This document shows, one piece after another, positions 24,430 through 36,679 of a stretch of DNA of 64,000 bases. The notes beneath the pieces were generated by a model, which searched no databases, was not told the origin of the DNA, and saw only the letters and a list, made by a program, of their open reading frames with translations. The stretch comes from Hypanus sabinus. Lineage: Eukaryota. A program made the translations under genes and the position numbers. Numbering within the stretch: the first letter of the stretch is position 1; each line of letters starts with the position of its first letter. Location of the stretch: the NCBI RefSeq assembly GCF_030144855.1, contig NC_082730.1:15562001-15626000 (forward strand), in the 5' to 3' direction.

Positions 24430-26660
24430 GCAAAGCATAAGGTTCTCTCTACAGGGGGTTTCACTGCTACTGCTTCCACGTAGAGCCAGTTCAGAAAGAA
24501 ATCTGTTTCTCTTTAACTAGTGTTAATCATATTTGACATGATTAACTTCAACAAACTCATATCTTGGAACCTGAGTATTCCTGATTTTCTTGAACATGTG
24601 TCAAGCCTGAGATCAAAGATGAATTTCTTTCCCCAAATATTTAATAATTTAAGCATAGCAGTTGAAGCTCATGTTCTGAGTCATGAAGTCATTGATATAT
24701 ATTAGAACAACAGGCCCTTCAGCTTGACTCATCTAAACCAACCAAAATGTTCATCTCACATTTAATTTTATTTATCCTATATCCTTCTCTGCCAGGGGCT
24801 CCCAACATGGGGTCAAGTCGAGTCACGTCAAGTCAAGTCAAGTTTATTGTCATTTAACTATATACATGTATACTGTCCAGTGAGACACTTCCTCCAAACC
24901 AAGGTGTAAAGTACTGTAGTATACATAATGCATAATAACTTATAAAAGTGAGAATGAAATCTATAGATTAATTACACATAAATAAACAAACTGAAATGCA
25001 TGAAATAAGTATTGTAAGGTCCATGGGATAAAAAAGGCTCTGTTCTAACCCTTTCCTATCCACATATCTGTCAAAATGCCTTTTAACCTTTGTAAACATA
25101 TCCACCTCTATGGATTGCTATGGCAGCTTGTTCCGTATACCCAAGAATCTCTGTTTAAAGTTGCTCCTTAGGACCTTTCCTTACTCAATTTTAGCCTGCA
25201 CCTGCTTGCTTTACCTTCCCCTCCCCTTGTAAAATGACAGTGATCATTCACCTTATCGATGCCCCTCATGATTTTATACACTTCTGTTAAATGGGCCCTC
25301 AGCAAAACTCTCATCCTATCCAAACCATTATAACTCCAGCCCTCCATTCACAGGAATGTCCTCATGATTTTTCTGCTGCACCCTTTCCAGTCTTACGATA
25401 TCTTTCCGATAACCAGGAGACTAAAACTGCACATGGTATTTGAAGAGTGGTCTCACTAACATCTTGTACAGCCATAACATAATAATCTTGAACTCAATTG
25501 CCCGTCCAACAAAGTAAATGTACCAACTGTCTTCTTCGATGCCCTGTTTATCCGGGTCACCACTTTCAGGTAGCAAGGTACCTTACTCTTCGGAATATGG
25601 ACCCTGGTGCTTTCTGTTTAAACTTGTTAAGCTTATTTTGATAGGCTCAGGAATTCCATGTTACTTGTATTACTTAACCGGATACTGGATTAGCGCTAAT
25701 CACGGGGTCCTATTTGAGAACGTTCAGTGTTGCAGTTGCCGCTCAGCCAAGTCACTGATATTCCGTAGGAATTCCTATGAATAAACTTTAGTCTCCATCT
25801 CCACATTAGAGTCTGGCTTTCGTGAGCAATTGGGTTCCAACATTGCCAGCGTACATCATGACACTGTCATCTCTTCGAAAAGCTCATTCATATTGGTAAG
25901 ATCTGATTTCCCATGCTGACTACCCCAAATCAGTTCTTGCTTATCCAATTGCTAGTAGACTCTGTTTCTCAGAATCCTCTCCTGTAATGTTCCTTCCACT
26001 GATGTTGTTCTCACTGGCATGCAGTTTCCTGGTGTGCCTTTGTACCCCTTTTTACATAAAGCCACAACATTTGCCTTTGATCCTCCACACTTTTGTTGCC
26101 TCACGTGAAAAGGGTGATGCAGATATATCTGCCAAGGCCTTACTAACTTCTCCCTCACTTCTCATATTACCCTGGGCTACACTTGCTCAAGACCTATGAG
26201 ATTATCTGAAAATTATCTTCTTCAAGACTGACAGCAAAATTTATATTGTAATGATATGTTCCAATAGAACACTATTAATTTCCCTTAATTCCTATCTTCT
26301 GTGACCTGCTCCACAGTAAATACAAACAAGAAATATTAATTTAAGACCTCACTAGTCTCCTGTAGCTCCACATATGGATGATCACATTAATCCATTTGGG
26401 AGCCTATTCTCTTCCTCGTTGCTCTTTTCCTTTTAGTAGACATGAAGGTCTCTCTTGCAAAGCTTCTTTACCTCTGGTGCCACGGCAGCGAAAGTCACAG
26501 CAAGGCAAAGTTCCTGCTGAATTACAGGCTGAGGACATCACACCTCAAGTTATTTCTCTAAGTGCTGGTCACTGTAACAGCAGGAGACATTTATTCTACA
26601 ATGTGTGTTTGGAGGAGCTCATGAGATATCAAAATGCTTGCCCTGAGACTTTCACTACAG

Positions 26661-26726
26661 GCTTTCTGCTGGGTCTGTTGAAGATGTTCCACAGTCCAGA
26701 GGAGAAAAGATTTTGACGTGGCACCA
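26661..26726 (+). pseudogene. Candidate second stalk exon (LSAGSVEDVPQSRGEKILTWH), phase 2-2
   Basis: CTTTCACTACAG acceptor and CA|GTGAGA donor. 66 nt, open, and phase-compatible with both the stalk and the Arg-TM exon. If the donor is ignored, the frame ends at TGA 26728-26730. Confidence 0.4.
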
Positions 26727-27019
26727 GTGAGAACTCAACGATCAATGTCCAAACCAGTGTGGGATTTGGAGGGAGTTGACTTTTGTAGCAGAGCTGGTTT
26801 TAAGCAGATGCAGTATTTCCTTTATTAGATCCTTCAACTGTGAGTGCAGTGTGACCTGTAAATATTACCTCAGTTTCTCCCCGCATCCTGATTGTTACAC
26901 ACACGTGTAATACATACATAACTATACTTTATGGATGTCTGTAATAATGGATATGTTAATTGATTTTAATACCCTTCACTGACATGGTAAAGCAACCAAT
27001 CTAATTGAAGACCCAACTA

Positions 27020-28950
27020 TCCATAAGACCATAAGATATTGGAGCAGAAGTAAGGCATATAGCCCATCGAGTTTGCTCCGCCATTCAATCATGGGCTGAT
27101 CCAATTCTTCCAGTCATCCCCACTCCCCTGCCTTCACCCCATACCCTTTATTGCCCATACTGTTGATTACCATGGATAATCAAGAAACTATCTATCTCTA
27201 CCTTAAATGCACCAAATGACTTGGCCTCCACAGCCGCTCATGGCAAAAAAATCCCACAGATTTACCACTCTCCGACTAAAGTAATTTCTCTGCATCTCTG
27301 TTCTAAATGGACATCTTTCATCCTGAAGTCATGCCCTCTTGTCCTAGTCTCCCCTACCATGGGAAATAACTTTGCCATTTCGAATTTGTTCAGGCCTTTT
27401 AACATTTGGAATGTTTCTATGAGATCCCCCCTTATTTTCCTGAACTCCAGGGAATACAGCCCAAGAGCTGCCAGACGTTTCTTATAAAGTAACTTTGTCA
27501 TTTGTGGAATCAATCTCGTGAATCTTCAAGTGTGGTCTCACAAGTGCCTTATAAACCCTAAACATCACATATCTGCTCTTATATTCTATACCTCTAGAAA
27601 TGAATGCCAACATTGCATTCGCCTTCATCACCACCGTCTCAGCCTGGAGGTTAACCTTAAGGGTGTCCTGCACAAGACTCCCATGTCCTTCTGCTGATTG
27701 AATTCTCTCCCCATCTAAATAATAGTCTGCCCATTTATTTCTTTCACCAAACTGCATGACCATACACTTTCCAACATTGTATTTCATTTGCCATTTCTTT
27801 CCAATTCCCTTAAACTATCTAAGTCTCTCTGCAGGCTCTCTATGTCCTCAACACTACCTGATCCTCCAACTATCATTGTATCATCAGCAAATTTAGCCGC
27901 AAATCTATTAATCCCATAGACTAAATCCTTGAAATACATCATAAAAAGCAGCAGTCCCAACACCATCCCCTGTGGATCTTCACTGGTAACTGGCAGCCAG
28001 CCAGAATAGGATCCCTTTATTCCCACTCTGTTTTCTGCCAATCAACCAATGCTCTACCCTTGCTAGTAACTCCCCTGTAATTCCTTGGGCTCTTATCTTG
28101 CTAACTCGCCTCATGTGTGGCACAATGTCAAAGGCCTTCGGAAGATTCAAGTACACCACATCCACAGCATCTCTTTTGCCTACCCTGCTTGTAATTTCCT
28201 CAAAAAATTGCAGTACGTTAGTCAGGCAGGATTTCTCTTCCAGGAAACTACGCTAGCTTTGGCCTATCTTGTAATATGCCTACAGATAATCCATAATTTC
28301 ATCCCTAACAATCGATTCCAACAACTTCCCAACCACTGATGTCAGGTAACAGGTATACAGTTTCCTTTCTGCTGTCTCCCACCCTTCTTAAAGAGTGGTA
28401 TAATATTTGCAATTTTCCAGTCATCTGGTACAATGCTAGAATCTATTTATTCTTGGAAGATTATTGCAAATGCCTCCGCAATCTCTCCAGCTACTTCCTT
28501 CAGAATCCAAGGGTACATTCCATTAGGTCCAGGTGATTTATCCACCTTCAAACCATTAAGCTTCCTGACCACTTTCGCAGTCATAATTTGTACTGCACAT
28601 AATTCACTTCTCTGACACTCTTAAATATCCAGTATACTGCAGATGTCTTCTACTGTGAAGACTGGTGCAAAATATGCCATCTCTGGGTCTATCATTACAA
28701 TATCTCCAGCGTCATTTTCTATTGGTCCTATACCTACCCTCAACTCTCTTTTACCCTTTATATACTTAAAAAAACTTTTTGTATCTTCTTTGATATTAGT
28801 TACCAGCTTTCTCTCATAATTCTTCTTTTCCTTCCTAATGACCTTTTTAGTTTCTTTCTGCAAGTTTTCAATACCTTCCCAATCTTCTATCTCTCCACTA
28901 GTCTGGTTATCTTCTGGTTCCAAACTGTCCATAACCAGACCCTCCAGTTC
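27020..28950 (-). mobile_element. CR1-like LINE, 5'-truncated RT + 3' tail
   Basis: 'LVTNIKEDTKSFFKYIK', 'MDVVYLNLPKAFDIVPH', 'KFADDT', 'LGLYSLEFRKIRGDLIE'. Confidence 0.92.
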
Positions 28951-29763
28951 CAACAGCAGCTTTGTGAATGTTTTTTGTATTTCTCTAATTTAATCACACT
29001 TCTCTAACTTAATCACAGAGTAGTCAAGTTGAGGTCTTGTCAATGTCCTTTATAGCTCTAAAATGCCATCGCAACTGTACTTAGTGCCCCATCCAATGAA
29101 GACAAGCAGGCCATATTCCTAGTTCAGCACTTTGTCCAGCTTTGTTGCCACTTTCAGGTATTTGTGTTGCCACTTTCAGGCATCTGTGTAGTTGCATACC
29201 TAGTTTTCTACTGTGTAAGTTTTGCCCTTGTTCTATTTCCCAAACTGCATTATTTCACACTGCCTGAGTTCAATTCCATCAGTCATTCCATTAGCCACTT
29301 TCCAAGTTCAAAATTCAGTGTAAACTTATTCTCAAAATATGTTCACCATAAACAACCTAGAGATTTATCTACTTTCACACTTGCACAATACAAAGAAACA
29401 CAACAGGACCCTTTGCAAATTCAGGTAGATCCAGTCTCACACAATCACCTCCAGTAATTTATCTACCACTGATTGTATGCTCACCTGTCTGGAATGGGAC
29501 TGGATCAGTAATCTATTGACTCTAGAAATGTGGAAACACACTGAGACATTAGTGAGCAGTGACAATGATGATTCCAATCAAATAAAAATCATTACTTGTG
29601 AAGAGCTGTGAGCAAGTGATGAAGGTGGATGCTGTTGTCTTCTCAGTCAATGTGGAATTCAATTATACCAATTGACAGAAATGAGATTAAGCACTCTTGA
29701 ATCTGCTTGTGTAAATTTGATTTTACCTGTTAATTTTCTGAAGAATTTTCCACTCAGTTTCAG

Positions 29764-29957
29764 GTGCTTTATGGGGAAAAGATAAAATAAGGGGAGTTGC
29801 GGGAAAAGCAATCACAATCGATTGTCAATATGCCCCAATATACCGTTCACACTCAAAGTATTTGTGCTGCATGTGGGATCATCAGTGCACATTGTTAGTG
29901 AATACAAGTGGGCAAAGTGAGCAGTATGGAAGGATAATAATCAGAGATGACACATGA
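29764..29957 (+). pseudogene. Third, truncated IgV (V2-type) exon
   Basis: TTTCAG|GT GCT TTA TGG gives GALWGKDKIRGVAGKAITIDCQYAPIYRSHSKYLCCMWDHQCTLLVNTSGQSEQYGRIIIRDDT*. Upstream 28960-29763 resembles intron sequence of 42940-43290 and 44400-44875. Confidence 0.88.
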
Positions 29958-30386
29958 GAGGGGCAGTTGGTAATATGCTAAGTAAAAGAGATGTTATTGA
30001 ACTAGATGAAATGCAGAAAAGATTTCAAAGCTCAAAATAAATTTATCATCATTAAATTTATTATACAGCCCGGAGACTCATTTGCTAGTGGGCATATTCA
30101 ATAATTTCAAAAATCATAATAGTATGAATGAATGACTGCAATGCAAAATGTTGCCACTGCCTCGAGAAAATTTAGTATAGTTCCAAATGATGATCAGGTT
30201 TTCCTCCTTTTTCCAACCCACCATTCAGTCAACACTAGTTTACTCTTCTAATTGAACTCCTCTGGCTCTGCTTATTTACCTCGCTCCACTCCTCTAAGGT
30301 TGCAGAGGAAACAAGAGGTAAATGTTTCAAAGACAAAGCCATCTCATTTCTTCTCATCGTTTCTGTATCTCTTCCCCTTTGCTCAG

Positions 30387-30477
30387 TTCCATGTTATGGA
30401 CGGTTGGTCGTTGGGTGCTCTACACTCTGCTGATGATCTGCACTATTTCAGTCTCATGGTTCACAAGGGAAACTAAG
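30387..30477 (+). CDS. Transmembrane exon with Arg (SMLWTVGRWVLYTLLMICTISVSWFTRETK), activating type
   Basis: Long pyrimidine tract + TTTGCTCAG acceptor, AAG|GTAGGC donor, phase 2 start matching the stalk exon end, and a hydrophobic span with a single Arg near its N-terminus. Confidence 0.75.
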
Positions 30478-31579
30478 GTAGGCTTTTGGACGTCAGTGGA
30501 ATTTGTTTTCATATAAACTGATCATTTGAGGGAAGACATTTAAACACATTTACTATTTCTTATCCAAAGGTCCATCCAAAGCTATTTACAGATGATATTG
30601 TCAAGATGTTGACACACTGTATGTGTGCAGAATGCTTGATGTGTATATATTGGAGTCCAAGCTCCAGACACAACTGTATAGCAGAGTTCGGAGTGTCGAT
30701 GAGTCTGATGATTTGAACATTGCCTTTTACAGAAGCCGGATGAATCAGCTCCTCCCAGACTGGTCTAAAAGGTAAAGTGAAGGCTTCTGGATCACACAGA
30801 TTGTGCTGCAACTTCACACCAAGATCAATAACATTCATACTTCTTCAGAATTTGTGCAAATTTAACATTCATGGAATATTAACGCCTCTTGTCATTCATT
30901 ATCAACTTCATGAAAGTAAAGAAATAATGTTACCATTATTCTACCATTTTACTCTATTAAATGCTGTTCTGTGGATTCAAAAGCCTGAGGTTGTTTTTGT
31001 ATGTTGCAGTAATTAATAAATCAGTTAGTATTCTTATTAATAAATTATTGATGTTAATAATTAATTCATCCTTTTGGTTTAGTTGAAAATAAAATTCAAA
31101 CAGTGTACAGATCACATTTGGGCTCCTGGATTTTCTTGAAGGATTCAAAACCATAAGATCATAAAATATAAGCCAGCATGATGATGTATGCTATTCACAT
31201 GATACATGCATGCCTCACTTGAAGTGAAGAATGAAGTTAGACCCACATTCCCTGACTCTTATATTTTCTTTTGAATTAGTTTGACGCCTTAAAGTTGCAA
31301 AACGTAGCATTGGTGATGACGTATCTTTAAAATAAATGTTAGATGTCTGTCAACCTGTTGAAGCGCAGCAAAAGATTTGAAGTAAAAAAACAATTCCAAG
31401 TAAAAAAGAAATCATAGCCCAGCACGTGAAGAAGTGGTCAAATTTAATAGAAAATACAGCTAGCATATGTTCTTCTGAAGGGAGGACACGATAAAGTTTA
31501 AAAAATATCAGAAACCAGAAGAATTCATCCATTCATAAAGATTTAGTACTGAGCGATAATCATCTTTTAAAACAGCAGA

Positions 31580-32300
31580 AACAGCTGGCTACATCAGAAA
31601 GATTGGCTCGTTGGATTCCACAGCAGATAACTGGAATATGTATACTGAGCTAATTCAACATCAGTTTGAAACAAATGTAATAGGCACCGAGAAACAAGTG
31701 CCAATTTTGCTGAGTGATTTGCCTTTAAAGGCATACAGTTTGCTTTGAAATTTGACTGTTCTAAACAAACCAGCAGAAAATAGCTTTGCTAATATTCTCA
31801 TACTAGAACATTTAGAAACAAATGCTATTGTCGATCACAGAAAGATTTAGGTTTCATTTGCGGAATCAGAAAGAAGGGGAGTCCACTTCAGCATTTGTGG
31901 CTGAATTGAAGAGATTGTCTGTGAATTGTCAGCTCAATGATGGGCTTAGTGATGCATTGAAAGATTATTTAGTTTGTGGAATCTTACTGGAAAGCATTCA
32001 AAAATGGCTCCTAACTGAAGCACAACTCACATTCAAGAGAACAGCTAAAATTGCTGTTTCAAAGGAAACCACAGACAGGGATGCAGTTGAATTGCAGTCA
32101 GGAATGAAAGTCAGTGTAAACAAATGGCAATATCCGAACACAAACTGGCCAGGCTGAATAAATTGTGTTATCATTGTATCAGGGGCTCACATTCACCAAA
32201 CAAATGTAGGTTTAAAGATGAAAGTTATAGAAGGTGCAATAACTAGGACACATGCAAAGAGCATGTCGGCAGACAAAAATAAGTGGACAGAACACCTTGG
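31580..32300 (+). mobile_element. Gypsy gag fragment
   Basis: 'ERFRFHLRNQKEGESTSAFVAELKRLSVNCQLNDGLSDALKDYLVCGI'. CX2CX4HX4C knuckle (CYHCIRGSHSPNKC) at about 32165-32207. Confidence 0.85.
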
Positions 32301-32789
32301 ATGATCGAATTTGCAGGCAGATTACAAGGTTAATGGCAGAACTCTGAGCAATGTGGAGGTACCAAGGGTTATTGGGGTCCAGTTCTGTAGATTCCTCAAA
32401 GTTGCTGCACAACTTAAAAGGATGTTAAAGAAGGTGTATAATATGCTGGACTTCATTAGTTGTGGGGACTGATTTCCAGAGCTTCAAGGTAATGTTACAG
32501 CTCTATAAAACTCCGATTTGATCACACTTGGAGTATTGTAGAGTATAAGGCATATATTGATTGGACAGCCAGCAGCCCTTTCCTGGCTTTGTTTTCCATT
32601 TGAGTGTTTTAGTCAATGGTCCTGTATGGCCTAGCTGTTATTGATTTCTTTTTCCCTTCAACATCATTCGCATTAAGGTCTGTGAAATATCAAACTGCTT
32701 CAGTTTCTCTCATTCCGCACTTGGGCCATATCTGAATCTCGTGTCAATGTCTTTTCAAATGTTCATAAATCCTGCCTCTCAAGATCTTC

Positions 32790-34830
32790 TCCAACAACTT
32801 GCCCACCACTGAAGCAAGACTCACCAATCTATAATTTCCTGGGGTATCTCTAATCCCTTTCCTGAACAAGTGAACAAAGTTTGCAACTATGCAGTCCTCT
32901 GGTAATTCTCCCGTCCCATTGATGATACAAAAATCATCACCAGAGGCTCAGCAATCTCCTTCCTCACTTCCCATAGTAGCCTGGGGTATATCACGATTGG
33001 TCCCGGTGACTCATCTAACTTAATACCTATCAAAAGCTCCAGCAGATACTCTTTCTTAATGTTTATACACTCAAGTGTTTCAATCTGCTGTGTTTCACCC
33101 CCACAATTGCTAAGGTCCTTTTCATTGGTGAGTACTAAAGTAAAGTATTCATTAAGTTCCTCCACTTCCTCCATCGACTCCATGCACATCTTTCCACTGT
33201 CGCTCCTGATTGGTACAACTCTCACACGGCTCATCCTCTTGCTCTTCACACAATTGTAGAACGCTCTTGGATTTTCCTTCATCCTGTTTACCAGAGTCTT
33301 CTCATGGCCCCTTCTGGCTCTCCGAATTTCATTCTTGAGCTCCTTTCTGGCACCCTTGTAATTTTCTTGAGCTCTAATAGTACCTAGTTTCTTGAACATT
33401 TTGCAAGTTTTTCTTTGCTTTATGACTAGATTTTCCACCTGCTTTGTACACAATCATTTTTTTACCCTACCATCCTTTCCCTACCTCAATGGAACATACC
33501 CATGCAGAATGCCATGCAAATGTTCCCTGAACCTTTGTCACATTTCTGCCATGCTCTTCCCTTGGAACATCTACTCCCTATGTATGTTTCCAAGTGACTG
33601 CCTAAAAGCATCATATTTCCCCCACCCCAATTAAATGTTTTTCCAAACAGTCTGCTCCTATCCCTTTCTAGTGCTGAGCTACAGCAGAAAGAGTTGTGAT
33701 CACTATCTCCAAAATGCTCTCCCACTGAGAGATCTGACACCTGACAGTTCATTTCCCAATACCAGATCAAGTACAGCCTCTTCTCCAGTTGACTTATCTA
33801 TGTATTGCACCAAGAAACCTTTCTGAACACACATAACAAACCTCTAAAATCCTTGCTCGAAGGAGGTGCTAGTCAATATTAGGAAATTTAACATCACCCA
33901 TCACAACAACTCTTTTATTTTTGCACCATTCCAGATTCTGCCTCCTTATCTGCTCCTCGATGTCTCTGTTACTATTGGGTGATGGTCTATAAAAAACACC
34001 CAGTAAATTTTAGCCCCCTCGCTGTTTCTGACTTCCACCCACAATGACTCAGTAGACAATCCCTCCATGACTTCCTCCTTTTCTGCAGCCGTGATGCTAT
34101 CCCTGATTAGCAATGCCATTCTATCACCTCTTTTGCCTCCCTCTCAGTCCTTCTCAAAACTTCTAGGCCGGCACACTCAGCAGACATTCCTGCATCAGAC
34201 ACATCCAAGTCTTTGTTGTGGCCACAACATCGTAGTTCCACATATTGATCCACACTCTAAGTTCAGCCGCCTTGCTTATGATTCTTCTTGCATTAAAATA
34301 GACTCATCTCAAACCATCTGGCTGAGTGCATCTTCGCTCTATCACCTGCTCATCCTTCCTCACAAACTGGCTACAAGCTGTCTCTACTTCTGCACCAACT
34401 GCCACACCCTCTGCCTCTTCACTTCCGTTCCAACCCCACTGCATATCTCATTTAAACCCTCCCCAATAACATGAGCAAACTTCCCGCCCAGGATATTGGT
34501 TACCCTCCAGTTCAAGTGGAATACCTCCCACTTGTACAGGCCACCCCTTCCCCAGATAAGGTTCCAATGATCCAAAAACTTGATCCTGCCTCCTGCACCA
34601 TTTCCTCAGCCACTCATCCATCTGCGTTACCTTCCTCTTCTGACCTTCGCCAGCTCGTGGCACCGGGAGTAATCTGGAGATTACCACCTTGGAGGTTCTG
34701 CTCTTCAGCCTCCTGCCTAACTCCCTGAAAGTCTGGCACAGCACCTCTACTCCTCTCCTGTCTATCTCACTAGTACCAACATGTACCATGACTTCCAGCT
34801 GCTGGCCCTCCCCTTCAACCACTCTGAGAC
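32790..34830 (-). mobile_element. CR1-like LINE including an ORF1 esterase/SGNH-like segment
   Basis: ORF1 'VMVHVGTSEIDRR..FRELGRRLKSRTSKVVISRLLPVPRA'; EN 'VGEHFGDSDHNS'; RT-proximal 'NPRAFYNCVKSKR..SPGPIVIYPRLLWE'. Confidence 0.9.
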
Positions 34831-36679
34831 ATACTGAACCCTAGCACACAGGAGACAACACACTATCCTTCTGTCTATTTTGCTGCCGAAGTATCTCCTA
34901 TCTGCCCTATTTTGTAGAAATGGAGTGAGAAAGAGACACTAACATGAAAATTTCCAGTCACTGTACAAGGCTCTTAAAGGAGAATGAGCAATGGAAATGA
35001 AAGTTGGGTGCTGAATAAAATGAGTGAGCTGCAAACTTTTGCAGCTTGCATCAGACATCAGGGCATGAATCTGCATATAGATGGTGTAACTTTTCTCAGT
35101 ACTGATCCGTGACTATGACCCATGAATATACAATAAATGTTCATGAAAATAAGAGGTGAACTGCAATATTGTCATTATAGTCATTAAGTTAGAAAATACA
35201 AAGGATTATTCACTCCTTTTCAAGTTCAATCTGAAGTTTATTTAATTGTCATTCAACCATACACATGTAACAGCTAAACAAAACAGGGTTCCTTCAGGGC
35301 CAAGGTGAAAAACAGTACTTACATTAACACAAAGCATGGCACACAAAGTTAAAATAGCACATAGATTCACAAAAATAAATGATTATAATAATATCAGTCC
35401 AAAGCACTGAGTGACATCTCCGTCCTGAAGAGTGACGGAGCAAGGGATATTGTCCCAGAGTGATGTTTATTCAAGAAGTATGCAGCAGCTCTTTTGAAAC
35501 TTTGATAAGGTGCATGACCACTGTCCTATTGTAACACATATTGAAGAAATAGATTGAGAATGAGACACAAGCCTGAAAATAAAGTTGGTGCTGATTAAAA
35601 TGAGTGAGCTGCAAATTATTGCAGTTTGCTTTGGTCACCAGGGTGCAAACCTACAAACAGACTGTGCAACTTTTCTCAGTACTAACATGCATTCACCTGT
35701 AAACCATAAATGTACACACATAGAATAAAATGTCTTGGAAATAAAACAAAAGGTGAACTGCATTGTTGTAATTATAATCAGGGTAGTATATGGTGACATA
35801 TGTCCTTTGAAAAGAAATTTAATCAGAATCTTGAACTTTGAAATTGCCTCACTGACAAGGAGGAGTATGCACAATATCCTTCACCTGCTGTGTGAGGATG
35901 CGAAGCAAAAACATGAGCCTGTTTGGAGCTCTTGACCTCTACAGCTCAGAGTTATCTGATGAGATTTGATTAGCTGGAGATAATTCCATTTACAGAGGTC
36001 CCACTTGTGAATCTGGACCTTTTAAACCCAAGCTCATTAATTGTCAGAGGGAAGGAACTTGCTCGATTTTTTTCTGCTGCAGAACAGCTAATTTTACATC
36101 AGAAGACAGTGAAAACAAACCTGATTCTGATTCTGAACTGGGCCCTTTCCCTTTCTGAGGACATCCCAAAGCAATTCTCAATGGATGTGCTTTGAAATTC
36201 TGTGCTCTTAACTTACTTACAAAACAGTATTTAGAGAAGTATCAATGCTTTGCTGAAGATGTTTTGTATCTCTGCACTTGTTCTCATTAGCATATTGCAC
36301 CATGGTTGTTGAGAAGTTTTCCAGGAAGTGATGGGGCAATTCAGGAAGAGACTGGGGCAATAGCTCAATGTATAGCATCTGTTGTTACTTCTCTATATTC
36401 TGTTTGGTAAGACAAATGAAGAAAACAGAAGTTCTGACCACGTCCTTCACTGAGGGTGAACATTACACAGATGACAGCAGTGACTGATGCAACAGAGTCA
36501 GCACTCATACTATACAATGTACAGAATTTAAGCAGATATACATTCATAGCTAATATACTGCACTGCTTTCCCCTAAAACAAATGCAATAAACCAAAATAA
36601 TATCACTACTCACAAGGAGCCAAGCAGAAAAATCTCCCTTTAATTCCACTATTTACCTCTTGCCAATCAGCTAATGCTC

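Larger units (their letters stand above)
7170..26568 (+). repeat. Segmental duplication, unit 1
   Basis: Collinear high similarity to about 36430-58758 across exons, introns and shared TE fragments (e.g. GTTCTGACCACGTCCTTCACTGA at both starts; AGTTATTTCTCTAAGTGCTGG at both ends). Confidence 0.92.
11433..30477 (+). pseudogene. CD300/pIgR-like (MDIR-like) V-C2-V-C2 receptor pseudogene, activating type (Arg in TM)
   Basis: Exons 11433-11469, 14605-14919, 16738-17058, 18108-18407, 21482-21798, 24324-24429, possibly 26661-26726, and TM 30387-30477. Lesions: leader donor GA, stops at 14772-14774 and 16761-16763, frameshifts in V2 and C2b, stalk donor GC. Assigning the TM exon to this unit is inference. 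Confidence 0.8.

Noticed and set aside
30560-30838. Minus-strand 92-aa ORF and + strand Tyr-containing frame (YCQDVDTLYVCR...) as a separate gene
   Set aside because: No recognisable family. The + frame has a stop and there are no supporting neighbouring exons.
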